This document shows positions 27,408 to 35,924 of a stretch of 43,424 nt of DNA, in pieces; position 1 is the first letter of the stretch, and every line of letters begins with the position of its first letter. Source of the stretch: Gemmatimonadaceae bacterium. GTDB taxonomy: Bacteria; Gemmatimonadota; Gemmatimonadetes; Gemmatimonadales; Gemmatimonadaceae. A program made the position numbers and the translations under genes. The DNA lies in NCBI GenBank assembly GCA_033763905.1, contig JANRJP010000036.1, positions 1 to 43,424 of the forward strand, written 5' to 3'. Below the pieces are notes generated by a model. It did no database searches, had not been told where the DNA came from, and saw only the letters and a program-made list of their open reading frames with translations.

Positions 27408-29468
27408 ATGAGTCTTTCCTGGAAGATTTTTCTCGGCACGGCCGTCGTGATTGCGGTGGTGCTCGGCGCGACGATCGCCGTCACCGACCGCGCGGCCAAC
27501 AAGGCGAGTATGGCGGCCCTCGACGACGCGCTCGCGGCCACGCGCGCGCAGGTGGAGGCCGTACTCGACGCTCGCCGCAGTTCGCTGCAGGGCGGCGCGG
27601 CGTCATTCGTGCAGGGCTCCGGCTTCGTGTCGAGTCTCTCGCAGAAGAAGACCGAGAACGCGTTCGATCAGGCGACGGAAGCCGTCACGATCATCAGGGC
27701 CGACTGGGTCCAGCTGACCGACGAATTCGGTGTGCGCCTGGCGCGAAGCGACTCCGCCTCGGCGCCGCCGGACACGCTGACCCGATCGGCCTTGATCAGC
27801 GGGGCGCTCGAGGGCGACGCCGTGAGCGGCATCGTCGAGTCGCGCGGCGCCCTCGCGCAAGCGGTGGCCGTGCCGGTGCGTGAAGGTGGCACCGGGCGCA
27901 TCGTGGGGTCGCTGATGGCGGTGCGCACGATCGACTCGGTGTTTGCGCAGCGCATCGTGCGGCAAACGGGCGGGAACGTGCAGCTCGTCGTGTTCATCCT
28001 CGACGAGAATCTCGTGCCGGCGGTGAGCGTCACGACCATCGGCACGCCGAATGAGTTGACGCAACTCCTGCGCAGCCGCGAATGGAAGCCCGACTCGGCC
28101 GGTCGGCTCGGACACGTCGAGCTCCCGGTCGGCGCCGAGCAGTTCGTCGGGCAGGGCGGCCTGCTCTTGAGCGCGAGCGGCACCCCGTACGGCGGATTTC
28201 TGGCGCTGCGCTCGGCGGATGCGGCGCTGGCGCCCTTCCGCGCGCTGCGCACGACCCTGCTGGCGACCGGCGGCGCGGCGATGGTGCTCGCGTTCTTCGT
28301 GAGCTTCGTCGGCGCCCGGACCGTGACGCGACCGGTAAAGTCGCTGGCCGGCGCCGCGCGCCGCGCGGCCGAGGGCGACTACCTCACCGAACTGCCCTCG
28401 GCGGGCAAGGACGAAATCGGCACGCTCACGACCGCCTTCCGCGCGCTGCTCGCCGACCTGCGCGAGAAACAGGAACTGGTGGATCTCCTGCAGGCCGACG
28501 AAGCGCGTCGCACGGTGCAGCTCGATGCGATGAGCGGCACGCTCCGGATGGCCGCCCTGCAGCCCGGCGCGCTCGCACCGGGCGCGCGGTTCGCGCGCCG
28601 ATACGAAGTGAAGGAAGTGCTGGGGGCCGGTGGGATGGGCACCGTGTACAAGGCGGTCGACGCCGAGCTGGGCGAAGTCGTCGCGATCAAGACGCTCAAG
28701 GCCGACTTTGCCCAGCAAGATCAGAGCGCGCTCGAGCGCTTCCGCAGCGAGATTCGCCTCGCGCGCAAGATTTCGCATCGCAACGTCGTGCGGACGCACG
28801 ACATCGGCGAGTCCGACGGGACGTACTACATCACGATGGAGTACGTCGAAGGCCGTTCGCTCAAGGATCTCATTCGGCAGCGCGGCGCGCTCAAGCCCTC
28901 GGCCGTCATCACGATCGGCAAGCAGCTGTGTCGCGCACTCGAGGTCGCGCACGAAGCCGGGGTGATTCACCGCGACATCAAGCCGCAGAATATCGTGCTG
29001 GGTCCGGATGGCGTGCTCAAGGTGATGGATTTCGGCATCGCGCGGTTGGCCAAGCGCAGCGAGGGCGTGACCCAGGCCGGCATGGTGGTAGGGACACCCG
29101 AGTACATGGCACCCGAGCAGTTCCTCGGCGACGACGTGGATCCGCGCGCCGACGTCTACTCGGCGGGCGCCGTGCTGTACGAATGTCTCACCGGCCAGCT
29201 GCCGTTCACCGCCGACTCCCCGATCGTGCTCATCACGAAAGTGCTCGACGAGGACATTGTACCGCCCAGTCAGATCGTGCCGGGCATCTCGCCTGCACTT
29301 GAGGCGACCGTCTTGGCGGCCTTGAGCCGTAGCCGCGACGAACGGCCTGCCACGGCGGAGGCGCTGTTCAACCTGCTCGTTGCGGCCGAGGAGGAAGACC
29401 GGGTGGTGATCGCGTCAGCCCCAACGCCCGTCCGGGGGAACGCGGTCATCGAAGCGGGGCGCGCGTAG
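27408..29468 (+). CDS. Membrane Hanks-type Ser/Thr protein kinase: TM-periplasmic sensor-TM-HAMP-kinase
   Basis: TM1 'IFLGTAVVIAVVLGATIAV', ~250-aa Cache-like region, TM2, HAMP 'TRPVKSLAGAARRAAEGDY...DEIGTLTTAF', intact kinase motifs 'LGAGGMGTVY','VAIK','HRDIKPQN','DFG','GTPEYMAPE'. Confidence 0.93.
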   Translation: MSLSWKIFLGTAVVIAVVLGATIAVTDRAANKASMAALDDALAATRAQVEAVLDARRSSLQGGAASFVQGSGFVSSLSQKKTENAFDQATEAVTIIRADWVQLTDEFGVRLARSDSASAPPDTLTRSALISGALEGDAVSGIVESRGALAQAVAVPVREGGTGRIVGSLMAVRTIDSVFAQRIVRQTGGNVQLVVFILDENLVPAVSVTTIGTPNELTQLLRSREWKPDSAGRLGHVELPVGAEQFVGQGGLLLSASGTPYGGFLALRSADAALAPFRALRTTLLATGGAAMVLAFFVSFVGARTVTRPVKSLAGAARRAAEGDYLTELPSAGKDEIGTLTTAFRALLADLREKQELVDLLQADEARRTVQLDAMSGTLRMAALQPGALAPGARFARRYEVKEVLGAGGMGTVYKAVDAELGEVVAIKTLKADFAQQDQSALERFRSEIRLARKISHRNVVRTHDIGESDGTYYITMEYVEGRSLKDLIRQRGALKPSAVITIGKQLCRALEVAHEAGVIHRDIKPQNIVLGPDGVLKVMDFGIARLAKRSEGVTQAGMVVGTPEYMAPEQFLGDDVDPRADVYSAGAVLYECLTGQLPFTADSPIVLITKVLDEDIVPPSQIVPGISPALEATVLAALSRSRDERPATAEALFNLLVAAEEEDRVVIASAPTPVRGNAVIEAGRA

Positions 29469-29473
29469 CGGGT

Positions 29474-29479
29474 TAGTTT
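29474..29479 (+). promoter_or_regulatory. Putative -10 element of a leaderless sucA transcript
   Basis: TAGTTT, 6 nt, then ATG 29486; no SD in the 17-nt intergenic gap. Confidence 0.5.
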
Positions 29480-29485
29480 TCCGGG

Positions 29486-32230
29486 ATGCAGATCCACTCG
29501 ACGATCTTCAACGACGGCTATCTGGCCGAGATGCTTGCCGCGTACCGCCGCGATCCCGCGTCGGTCGATGAGTCGTGGCGGCAGTACTTCCGATTCGCGG
29601 AGTCGGTGAGCGGCGGGGCCGCTCCCGCAGCGGGCGGCACCGATCCCGACGTGCTGCGAAAGACCGCCGCCGCGATGGCGCTGGCCCAAGGCATCCGGCA
29701 ACACGGCCATTTCGCGGTGCCGCTCGATCCCCTCGGGAGCCCGCCGCTCGGCGCCGCCGAACTGACGCCCGAGTTCTACGGCATCACCGAGGCGGACCTC
29801 GCCGTGGTGCCGGGCTCGGCGCTTGGCTTCCCGCATATGGCCACCGCGCGAGAGGTCATCGCGCGGTTGCGGCTCCGCTACGAATCCGCGATCGGCATCG
29901 AGTACCAGCACATCTCCGATGAAGGGGAGCGGGAGTGGTTCCGGCAGCAGCTGATCGCGCAGACGCTGTTCCGCCCGTTGACGGCTGACGAAGCGAAGGA
30001 CGTCTTGCGGCGCTTGATGATGGCCGACGGCCTCGAGCGATTCCTCGGCAAGACCTACGTCGGGTACAAGCGCTTCAGTCTCGAGGGCACCGACGCGCTG
30101 ATTCCGATGCTGGACCACGTGATTCTCGAGTGTGCCAATGCCGGCGCGCGGGAAGTCGCGATCGGGATGGCGCACCGCGGCCGTCTGAACGTGCTGGTGA
30201 ACATTCTCGGCAAGCCGGCATCGGCATTGTTCGAAGAGTTCGAAGGGCGGCATCCCAAGGGCGGCCCCGACAGTGGCACCGGTGACGTGAAGTACCATAT
30301 GGGCTACGAGGGAGGGCGCGACGTCGGCGGCAAGCGCGTGCGGCTGCGGCTGATGCCGAATCCGAGCCATCTGGAGTTCGTCAATCCGATCCTCAATGGG
30401 CTGGCGCGGGCCGACCAGCGGGTGCGCGATGCGGCGCCGGGGACGCGTGACGAGCGCGCGGTGGTTCCCGTTGTGATCCACGGCGACGCCGCGTTCCCCG
30501 GCGAAGGCATCGTGCCCGAGACCTTCAACCTCTCGGCGCTGCGCGGCTTTCGGGTTGGTGGCACGGTGCACATCATCGTCAATAACCAAATCGGGTTCAC
30601 GACAAACCCGGGTGATGCGCGCTCGACGCACTACGCGTCGGATCTGGCGAAGGGCTTCGAAGTCCCGATCCTGCACGTGAACGCGGATCGTGCCGGCGAT
30701 TGCATTGCCGCCGTTCGTCTGGCCTGCGCGTATCGCGCCGCCTTCGGCAAGGACGTGCTGATCGACCTCGTCGGCTACCGTCGCCACGGACACAACGAAG
30801 GTGACGAGCCGACGTACACCCAGCCGGTCCGCTACGCGAAGATCAAGAACCATCCCACGCCGCCGCAGGTGTGGGGGCGCAAGCTGGTGGCCGACGGCGT
30901 GCTCGCCGAGTCGGACGTCGCGGCGATGGAGCGTGACGTGATGGCCGCGTGGCAGCGCGACTACGAGGCTATCAAGCAAGGCGCCAGCGTTGCCCACGCC
31001 GCACCCGCGCCGGCGGTGGCGCGGCCGGCAGCCCCGCAGCGCACCGCCGTGGCGGCGGAATCGCTGATCGGGCTCAATGAGCGCCTCCTCACGCACCCTG
31101 CCGACTTCACGCCGCACCCGCGGCTCTGGAAGCAGCTGGAGCGTCGCCGCGAGGCCGTGGGCGCCGCCGGCGGCATCGATTGGGGGCACGCCGAGGCGCT
31201 GGCGTTCGCGTCGTTGCTGACAGAGGGGACGAGCATTCGTCTCGTCGGGCAGGATGCGGAGCGTGGCACGTTCTCGCACCGGCACGCCGTGCTCCACGAC
31301 GTCGAACGCGACACCGTGCATACGCCGTTGCAGCACCTGCCCGGTGTGACGGCCAGCTTCGAGGTCTATCCGTCGGCACTCAGCGAGACCGCGGTGATGG
31401 GCTTCGAGTACGGATATTCGGTCGCCGCGGCCGATACGCTGGTGCTGTGGGAGGGACAGTTTGGCGACTTCGCCAACGTGGCGCAGCCGATCATCGACCA
31501 GTTCATCGTCGCCGATCGGTCGAAGTGGGGACAGGACTCGTCGCTGGTGCTGCTGCTGCCGCACGGCTACGAGGGGCAGGGGCCCGAGCATTCGAGCGCG
31601 CGCTTGGAGCGCTATCTGCAACTGTGCGCGGAAGACAATCTGCGCGTGTGCTACCCGACGTCCCCGGCGCAGTACTTCCACGTCCTGCGCCGTCAGGCCC
31701 TGTGGCAGGATCGCCGGCCGCTGGTGCTGATGCAGCCGAAGTCGATGTTGCGACTGCCGGCGGCCATGAGCACGCTGGCTGAGCTCAGCGACGGCGGGTT
31801 CCGCCACGTGATCGACGATGCGCGCTTCGCGGCGAGTGGCGCGGAGGGCGTGCGGCGCGTGGTCTTCTGCAGCGGCAAGGTCTACTACGACCTCGTGGCC
31901 AAGGAGCCATCGGCGGATGTGGCCGTCGTGCGGGTGGAGCAGCTGTATCCGTGGCCGGCGGCCGAGGTGGCAGCCGTGGTGGATCGCTACGCCAATGTCG
32001 AAGAAGTGGTCTGGGCACAGGAAGAGCCCAAGAACGCCGGCGCCTGGACCTTCGTGTACCCGCGGCTCCGCGTGAGCACGGGGAATGCCCTGGAGTTGCG
32101 CTACGTCGGCCGACCGGAGCGTGCCAGTCCGGCGGAAGGCTACGCGAGCGATCACACCGAGGAACAGAGCCGGATCGTGGCGGAGGCGCTCGAGGTCAAG
32201 GCGAAGCGTCGCGCCGGCGCTCGAACGTGA
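29486..32230 (+). CDS. sucA: 2-oxoglutarate dehydrogenase E1 component
   Basis: 'DPASVDESW', 'KRFSLEG', 'GMAHRGRLNVL', 'GDVKYH', 'NPSHLE', TPP motif 'HGDAAF.GEG', 'YRRHGHNEGDEP', 'RGTFSHRH', 'LLLPHGYEGQGPEHSSAR'. Confidence 0.97.
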   Translation: MQIHSTIFNDGYLAEMLAAYRRDPASVDESWRQYFRFAESVSGGAAPAAGGTDPDVLRKTAAAMALAQGIRQHGHFAVPLDPLGSPPLGAAELTPEFYGITEADLAVVPGSALGFPHMATAREVIARLRLRYESAIGIEYQHISDEGEREWFRQQLIAQTLFRPLTADEAKDVLRRLMMADGLERFLGKTYVGYKRFSLEGTDALIPMLDHVILECANAGAREVAIGMAHRGRLNVLVNILGKPASALFEEFEGRHPKGGPDSGTGDVKYHMGYEGGRDVGGKRVRLRLMPNPSHLEFVNPILNGLARADQRVRDAAPGTRDERAVVPVVIHGDAAFPGEGIVPETFNLSALRGFRVGGTVHIIVNNQIGFTTNPGDARSTHYASDLAKGFEVPILHVNADRAGDCIAAVRLACAYRAAFGKDVLIDLVGYRRHGHNEGDEPTYTQPVRYAKIKNHPTPPQVWGRKLVADGVLAESDVAAMERDVMAAWQRDYEAIKQGASVAHAAPAPAVARPAAPQRTAVAAESLIGLNERLLTHPADFTPHPRLWKQLERRREAVGAAGGIDWGHAEALAFASLLTEGTSIRLVGQDAERGTFSHRHAVLHDVERDTVHTPLQHLPGVTASFEVYPSALSETAVMGFEYGYSVAAADTLVLWEGQFGDFANVAQPIIDQFIVADRSKWGQDSSLVLLLPHGYEGQGPEHSSARLERYLQLCAEDNLRVCYPTSPAQYFHVLRRQALWQDRRPLVLMQPKSMLRLPAAMSTLAELSDGGFRHVIDDARFAASGAEGVRRVVFCSGKVYYDLVAKEPSADVAVVRVEQLYPWPAAEVAAVVDRYANVEEVVWAQEEPKNAGAWTFVYPRLRVSTGNALELRYVGRPERASPAEGYASDHTEEQSRIVAEALEVKAKRRAGART

Positions 32231-34872
32231 TCGGGCGCGACCTTCGCCGCCGCGCGGGCGCGGTGTTGGGGGTGCTGGGGACGTCGTTCGCCTGCGCGAC
32301 GGCGTCCCTTGCCGTGTCGGGGACGTCGCTGGCGGCGCAGCCCACCGATGCGGCCGCACTCGACGAGGTGGTGCGCTCGCTCGGCGTGACGACCCGCGTG
32401 TTGATGATTGCCGCGCACCCTGACGATGAAGACACGCAGCTCTTGACCTGGCTGGCCCGGGCGCGCGGCGTGGAGACGGCGTATCTGTCGCTCACACGAG
32501 GTGACGGCGGACAGAATCTGATCGGCAACGAATTGGGCGAAGCTCTCGGCGCGATCCGGACCGAGGAGCTGCTCGCTGCACGCCGGATCGACGGCGCGCG
32601 GCAGTTCTTCACCCGCGCGTACGATTTCGGCTTTTCGAAGACGCCGACCGAGACCTTCACGCATTGGCCGCGCGATACGGTCTTCGGCGATGTGCTGCGC
32701 GTCGTGCGGTCGTTCCGCCCGCACGTGATCATCGCCGTCTTCAGCGGCACGCCGCGTGATGGGCACGGGCATCACCAGGTGAGCGGCCTGCTCGCTCGAC
32801 AAGCGTACGAGGAGTCCGGCGACACCGTGCGGTACGCGGCGGCGACGTACGGCGCGCCGTGGACCGTGGCCAAGTTCTATCGCGCGGCGCGGTTCCGCGC
32901 CGGTGATGCGTCGCTCACCTTCGATGTCGGCGGATACAGTCCCCTCCGCGGGCGCGGGTACGCCGAGCTGGCGGGAGAATCACGCAGTCAACACAAGTCG
33001 CAGGGCTTCGGCGTGTTGCAGCGCAAAGGCTCGGTTCCCGACTACGTGTTGCGTGAAGCCACGCGGGTCAATTCCGACGTGGACGCCAAAGCGGAGCGCG
33101 ACCTGTTCGACGGGATCTCCACCGGGTGGGCGCGACTGCGTGGGGCGCTCGGCGAGGCCGCAGCCGATTCCATGCAGCGCGCCGCCGAGGCGCTGCGGGA
33201 ACGCATCGACTTCCGCGCACCGTGGCCCGCGGTGCGCGCCTTCGTCGAAACCTTCGATCGTGTGACCGCGACGGCGACCTGTGCGCCACGCAGCCCGTCC
33301 TGTGATGACCTCCGCGCCACGCTGGCGGGAGCGCGAGCGCGACGCGACCAGTTGCTGGCCATCGCGTCGGGGCTCGCCCTCGAGGCGACCGTGTCGCGTG
33401 GCATTCTCGCTACCGGTGACACGCTGGTGGCACAGGTGACGCTGCACAATCGCGGTGTGGTGCCCTTGCGGTGGCGCGGGCTGCGCGCGGATGGTCGCGT
33501 CGCCGTGCAGGCGATGCTCGCGGACACGACGGTGGCGCCCGGCGCGAGCGTGACCCGCGCCGTTCGGCTGCGCGCCACCGGCGAGGATGGTCCGTGGTGG
33601 CGACGTACCACGCGAGACGCCGACTGGTGGCGGGAGGCGATCGGCGCCTCGACGTCCACGGCCGACGGCTGGTCACTCGTTGACGATGAGCGCGAGGGCA
33701 CCTCGCGGCTGATAGCCCAGGTCGAGTGGAGCGGCGGAACGTCGGTTGCCGCCGAGATCGCCGGGCCGGTCGTGCATCGATTCGCGGATCCGGTGAAGGG
33801 CGATCAGCAGCGGGCGCTGATGGCGGCGACGCCGGTGTCGCTCACGATGGAACGCGCGGCAGCGTACGTGCGCGCGCAACAACCGATCGCCCGGACGATT
33901 CGCGTCACGCTTCGCAGTACCCGCGCGGACACGCTGCGTGGGCGGGTGGAGCTGCAGTTGCCGGCAGGCCTCTCGGCACCGAACGCGGCCTCCGCCGTGC
34001 TGCTGCCGCCAGGTGCCGTGCGGACACTCGAGTTCGAGATCCGCGGCACGCTGACGCCCGGGGCGTACACCATCTCGGCCGCGGCCGTCGTCACCGGTGG
34101 GGACGGCGTCGAGCATCGGATCGCGCACGGCTTCGATCGCATCGACTACGATCACATTCGCCCGCTGCACCTGCGACGTCCGGCGTCGCTGACGCTGACG
34201 AGCGTCGAACTGGCTGGCCCTGCCGGCGCGTCGATCGGCTATATCGCGGGGGTCGGCGACAACGTGCGCCCGATGCTCGAAGATCTGGGCTACCGCGTGA
34301 CGACGCTCGATCCCGCGCAGCTGGGGCGTGAGCCGCTGCGCCGCTTCTCGGCGGTCGTCGTCGGTCCTCGGGCGTACGAGGCGCATCCCGCGTTGCTCGC
34401 CAACGCCGATCGGCTGCTCGAGTACGCGCGCGACGGAGGAACCCTCGTCGTGCAGTATGGCCAGTACGAGATGACGACGCCGGGGGTGATGCCCTATCCG
34501 GTGACCATCGCGCGGCCGCACGATCGCGTGACCGAAGAGGAGGCGGCCGTGACCGTGCTGCGTCCGGAGCATCCCGTCCTGACGACGCCCAACCGGCTGT
34601 CCTCGGTCGATTGGTCGGGCTGGGTCCAGGAGCGCGCGTTGTATATGCCGCGCACCTTCGATGCACGCTATACGCCGCTGGTGTCGATGCAGGACGCTGG
34701 TGAAGACGCGCGCACCAGCGGCATTCTCGTCGCCCCCGTCGGACGCGGTGTGTACGTGTACAGCACGTTGGCGTTCTTCCGGCAGCTGCCGGCTGGCCAT
34801 CCGGGCGCTGCGCGGCTGTTCGCCAACTTGCTGTCCACCACGCCCCGTCGCGTGATGCGGACCGTGCCGTGA
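32227..34872 (+). CDS. Exported PIG-L/LmbE family deacetylase with C-terminal Ig-like and GATase-like domains
   Basis: Signal-like N-terminus; 'IAAHPDDED', 'SLTRGDGGQN', 'RTEEL', 'DFGFSK', 'HGHH', 'SRSQHKSQG', C-terminal 'WSGWVQERALY','FFRQLPAG.PGA.RLFANL'. Confidence 0.9.
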   Translation: MIGRDLRRRAGAVLGVLGTSFACATASLAVSGTSLAAQPTDAAALDEVVRSLGVTTRVLMIAAHPDDEDTQLLTWLARARGVETAYLSLTRGDGGQNLIGNELGEALGAIRTEELLAARRIDGARQFFTRAYDFGFSKTPTETFTHWPRDTVFGDVLRVVRSFRPHVIIAVFSGTPRDGHGHHQVSGLLARQAYEESGDTVRYAAATYGAPWTVAKFYRAARFRAGDASLTFDVGGYSPLRGRGYAELAGESRSQHKSQGFGVLQRKGSVPDYVLREATRVNSDVDAKAERDLFDGISTGWARLRGALGEAAADSMQRAAEALRERIDFRAPWPAVRAFVETFDRVTATATCAPRSPSCDDLRATLAGARARRDQLLAIASGLALEATVSRGILATGDTLVAQVTLHNRGVVPLRWRGLRADGRVAVQAMLADTTVAPGASVTRAVRLRATGEDGPWWRRTTRDADWWREAIGASTSTADGWSLVDDEREGTSRLIAQVEWSGGTSVAAEIAGPVVHRFADPVKGDQQRALMAATPVSLTMERAAAYVRAQQPIARTIRVTLRSTRADTLRGRVELQLPAGLSAPNAASAVLLPPGAVRTLEFEIRGTLTPGAYTISAAAVVTGGDGVEHRIAHGFDRIDYDHIRPLHLRRPASLTLTSVELAGPAGASIGYIAGVGDNVRPMLEDLGYRVTTLDPAQLGREPLRRFSAVVVGPRAYEAHPALLANADRLLEYARDGGTLVVQYGQYEMTTPGVMPYPVTIARPHDRVTEEEAAVTVLRPEHPVLTTPNRLSSVDWSGWVQERALYMPRTFDARYTPLVSMQDAGEDARTSGILVAPVGRGVYVYSTLAFFRQLPAGHPGAARLFANLLSTTPRRVMRTVP

Positions 34873-35924
34873 CGCGTCTCGGTGCCTGGGGACTGGCGGG
34901 CGCGTTGGGGGCGGCGCTCCTCACCGGCTGCGCGCGCGATTCACGCACGGTGCTGACGATTTACACGCCGCACGACGTGGCGTTGCGCACCGAGATCGAA
35001 GTGGCCTACGAACACGCACACCCCGATGTCGATGTGCGATGGGTGGAACTCGGGTCACAGGGGATCATCGATCGACTGCGCCGCGAACGGAACGCGCCGG
35101 TCGCCGATCTCTGGTTCGGAGCGCCGGCAGATCGCTTCGAGGTCGCGGCGCGTGAAGGCCTGCTGTCACCGTACACGCCCACCTGGTCGACGCAGGTCGG
35201 GCCGGCTGGGCGGGGGCGCGATGGCTCGTGGTTCGGAGTGTTCCGGACGCCGCTCGTCTTCGGATACAACACCGAAGCGGTACTCGCGGCCAACGCGCCG
35301 CGCCGATGGGAGGACTTGGCGTCGCCGGCCTGGCGCGGCCGCATCGTCCTCCGCGATCCCCGTGCGTCGGGGTCGATGCAGACGATGGCTGCGGCGATCC
35401 ACGTGCGGGCCGTCCGCGAACAGGGGAGCTCGGCCAGTGGTGCGTCGTGGCTCTCGGCGCTCGACGCCAACGTCGCTTCGTATGCGGCCTCGCCCGCTGC
35501 GCTGTACCAGCAGCTTGGTCGTAAGGACGGTGTGCTGACCGTGTGGAATCTTCCCGAGCTCGCGGCGTTGCGCACCGGGAGCAAACTGCCGGTGGCGTGG
35601 CGGGTACCCGAAGACGGCGTCCCGGTCGTGATCGACGGGATCGCGCTCGTGGCGGGCGGCGCCGCGCCCGACATCGCGCGAGACTTCTACGAGTTCGCCA
35701 CGTCGACGCCGATGCTGACGCGGATTGCCCGCCGACTCGGCCGGTGGCCGATGCGCGAGGATATCCCCGCCGATTCGCTACCGGTCTGGGCCCGCGACGC
35801 CCAGCAGTCGTGGCGGGTGCTCTCGCTCGACGGCGCCTTGCTGGCGGACTCGATCGACGCCTGGATGCGGCCGTGGGTGGCGAGAATTGCCGCACGTCCG
35901 ACGCCGGCGCGGCGGCGCTCGTGA
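34869..35924 (+). CDS. ABC-type extracellular solute-binding lipoprotein (Fe3+/AfuA/FutA-like)
   Basis: Lipobox 'LTGC'; 'LTIYTPH', 'PDVDVRW..LGS..IIDRLR.E...P.ADLWFG', 'YNT', 'P.RWEDL..P.WRGRI...DP..SG'. Confidence 0.85.
   Translation: MTRLGAWGLAGALGAALLTGCARDSRTVLTIYTPHDVALRTEIEVAYEHAHPDVDVRWVELGSQGIIDRLRRERNAPVADLWFGAPADRFEVAAREGLLSPYTPTWSTQVGPAGRGRDGSWFGVFRTPLVFGYNTEAVLAANAPRRWEDLASPAWRGRIVLRDPRASGSMQTMAAAIHVRAVREQGSSASGASWLSALDANVASYAASPAALYQQLGRKDGVLTVWNLPELAALRTGSKLPVAWRVPEDGVPVVIDGIALVAGGAAPDIARDFYEFATSTPMLTRIARRLGRWPMREDIPADSLPVWARDAQQSWRVLSLDGALLADSIDAWMRPWVARIAARPTPARRRS

Noticed and set aside
29270..32359. 1029-aa antisense ORF opposite sucA
   Set aside because: Same antisense shadow effect; no domain signatures.
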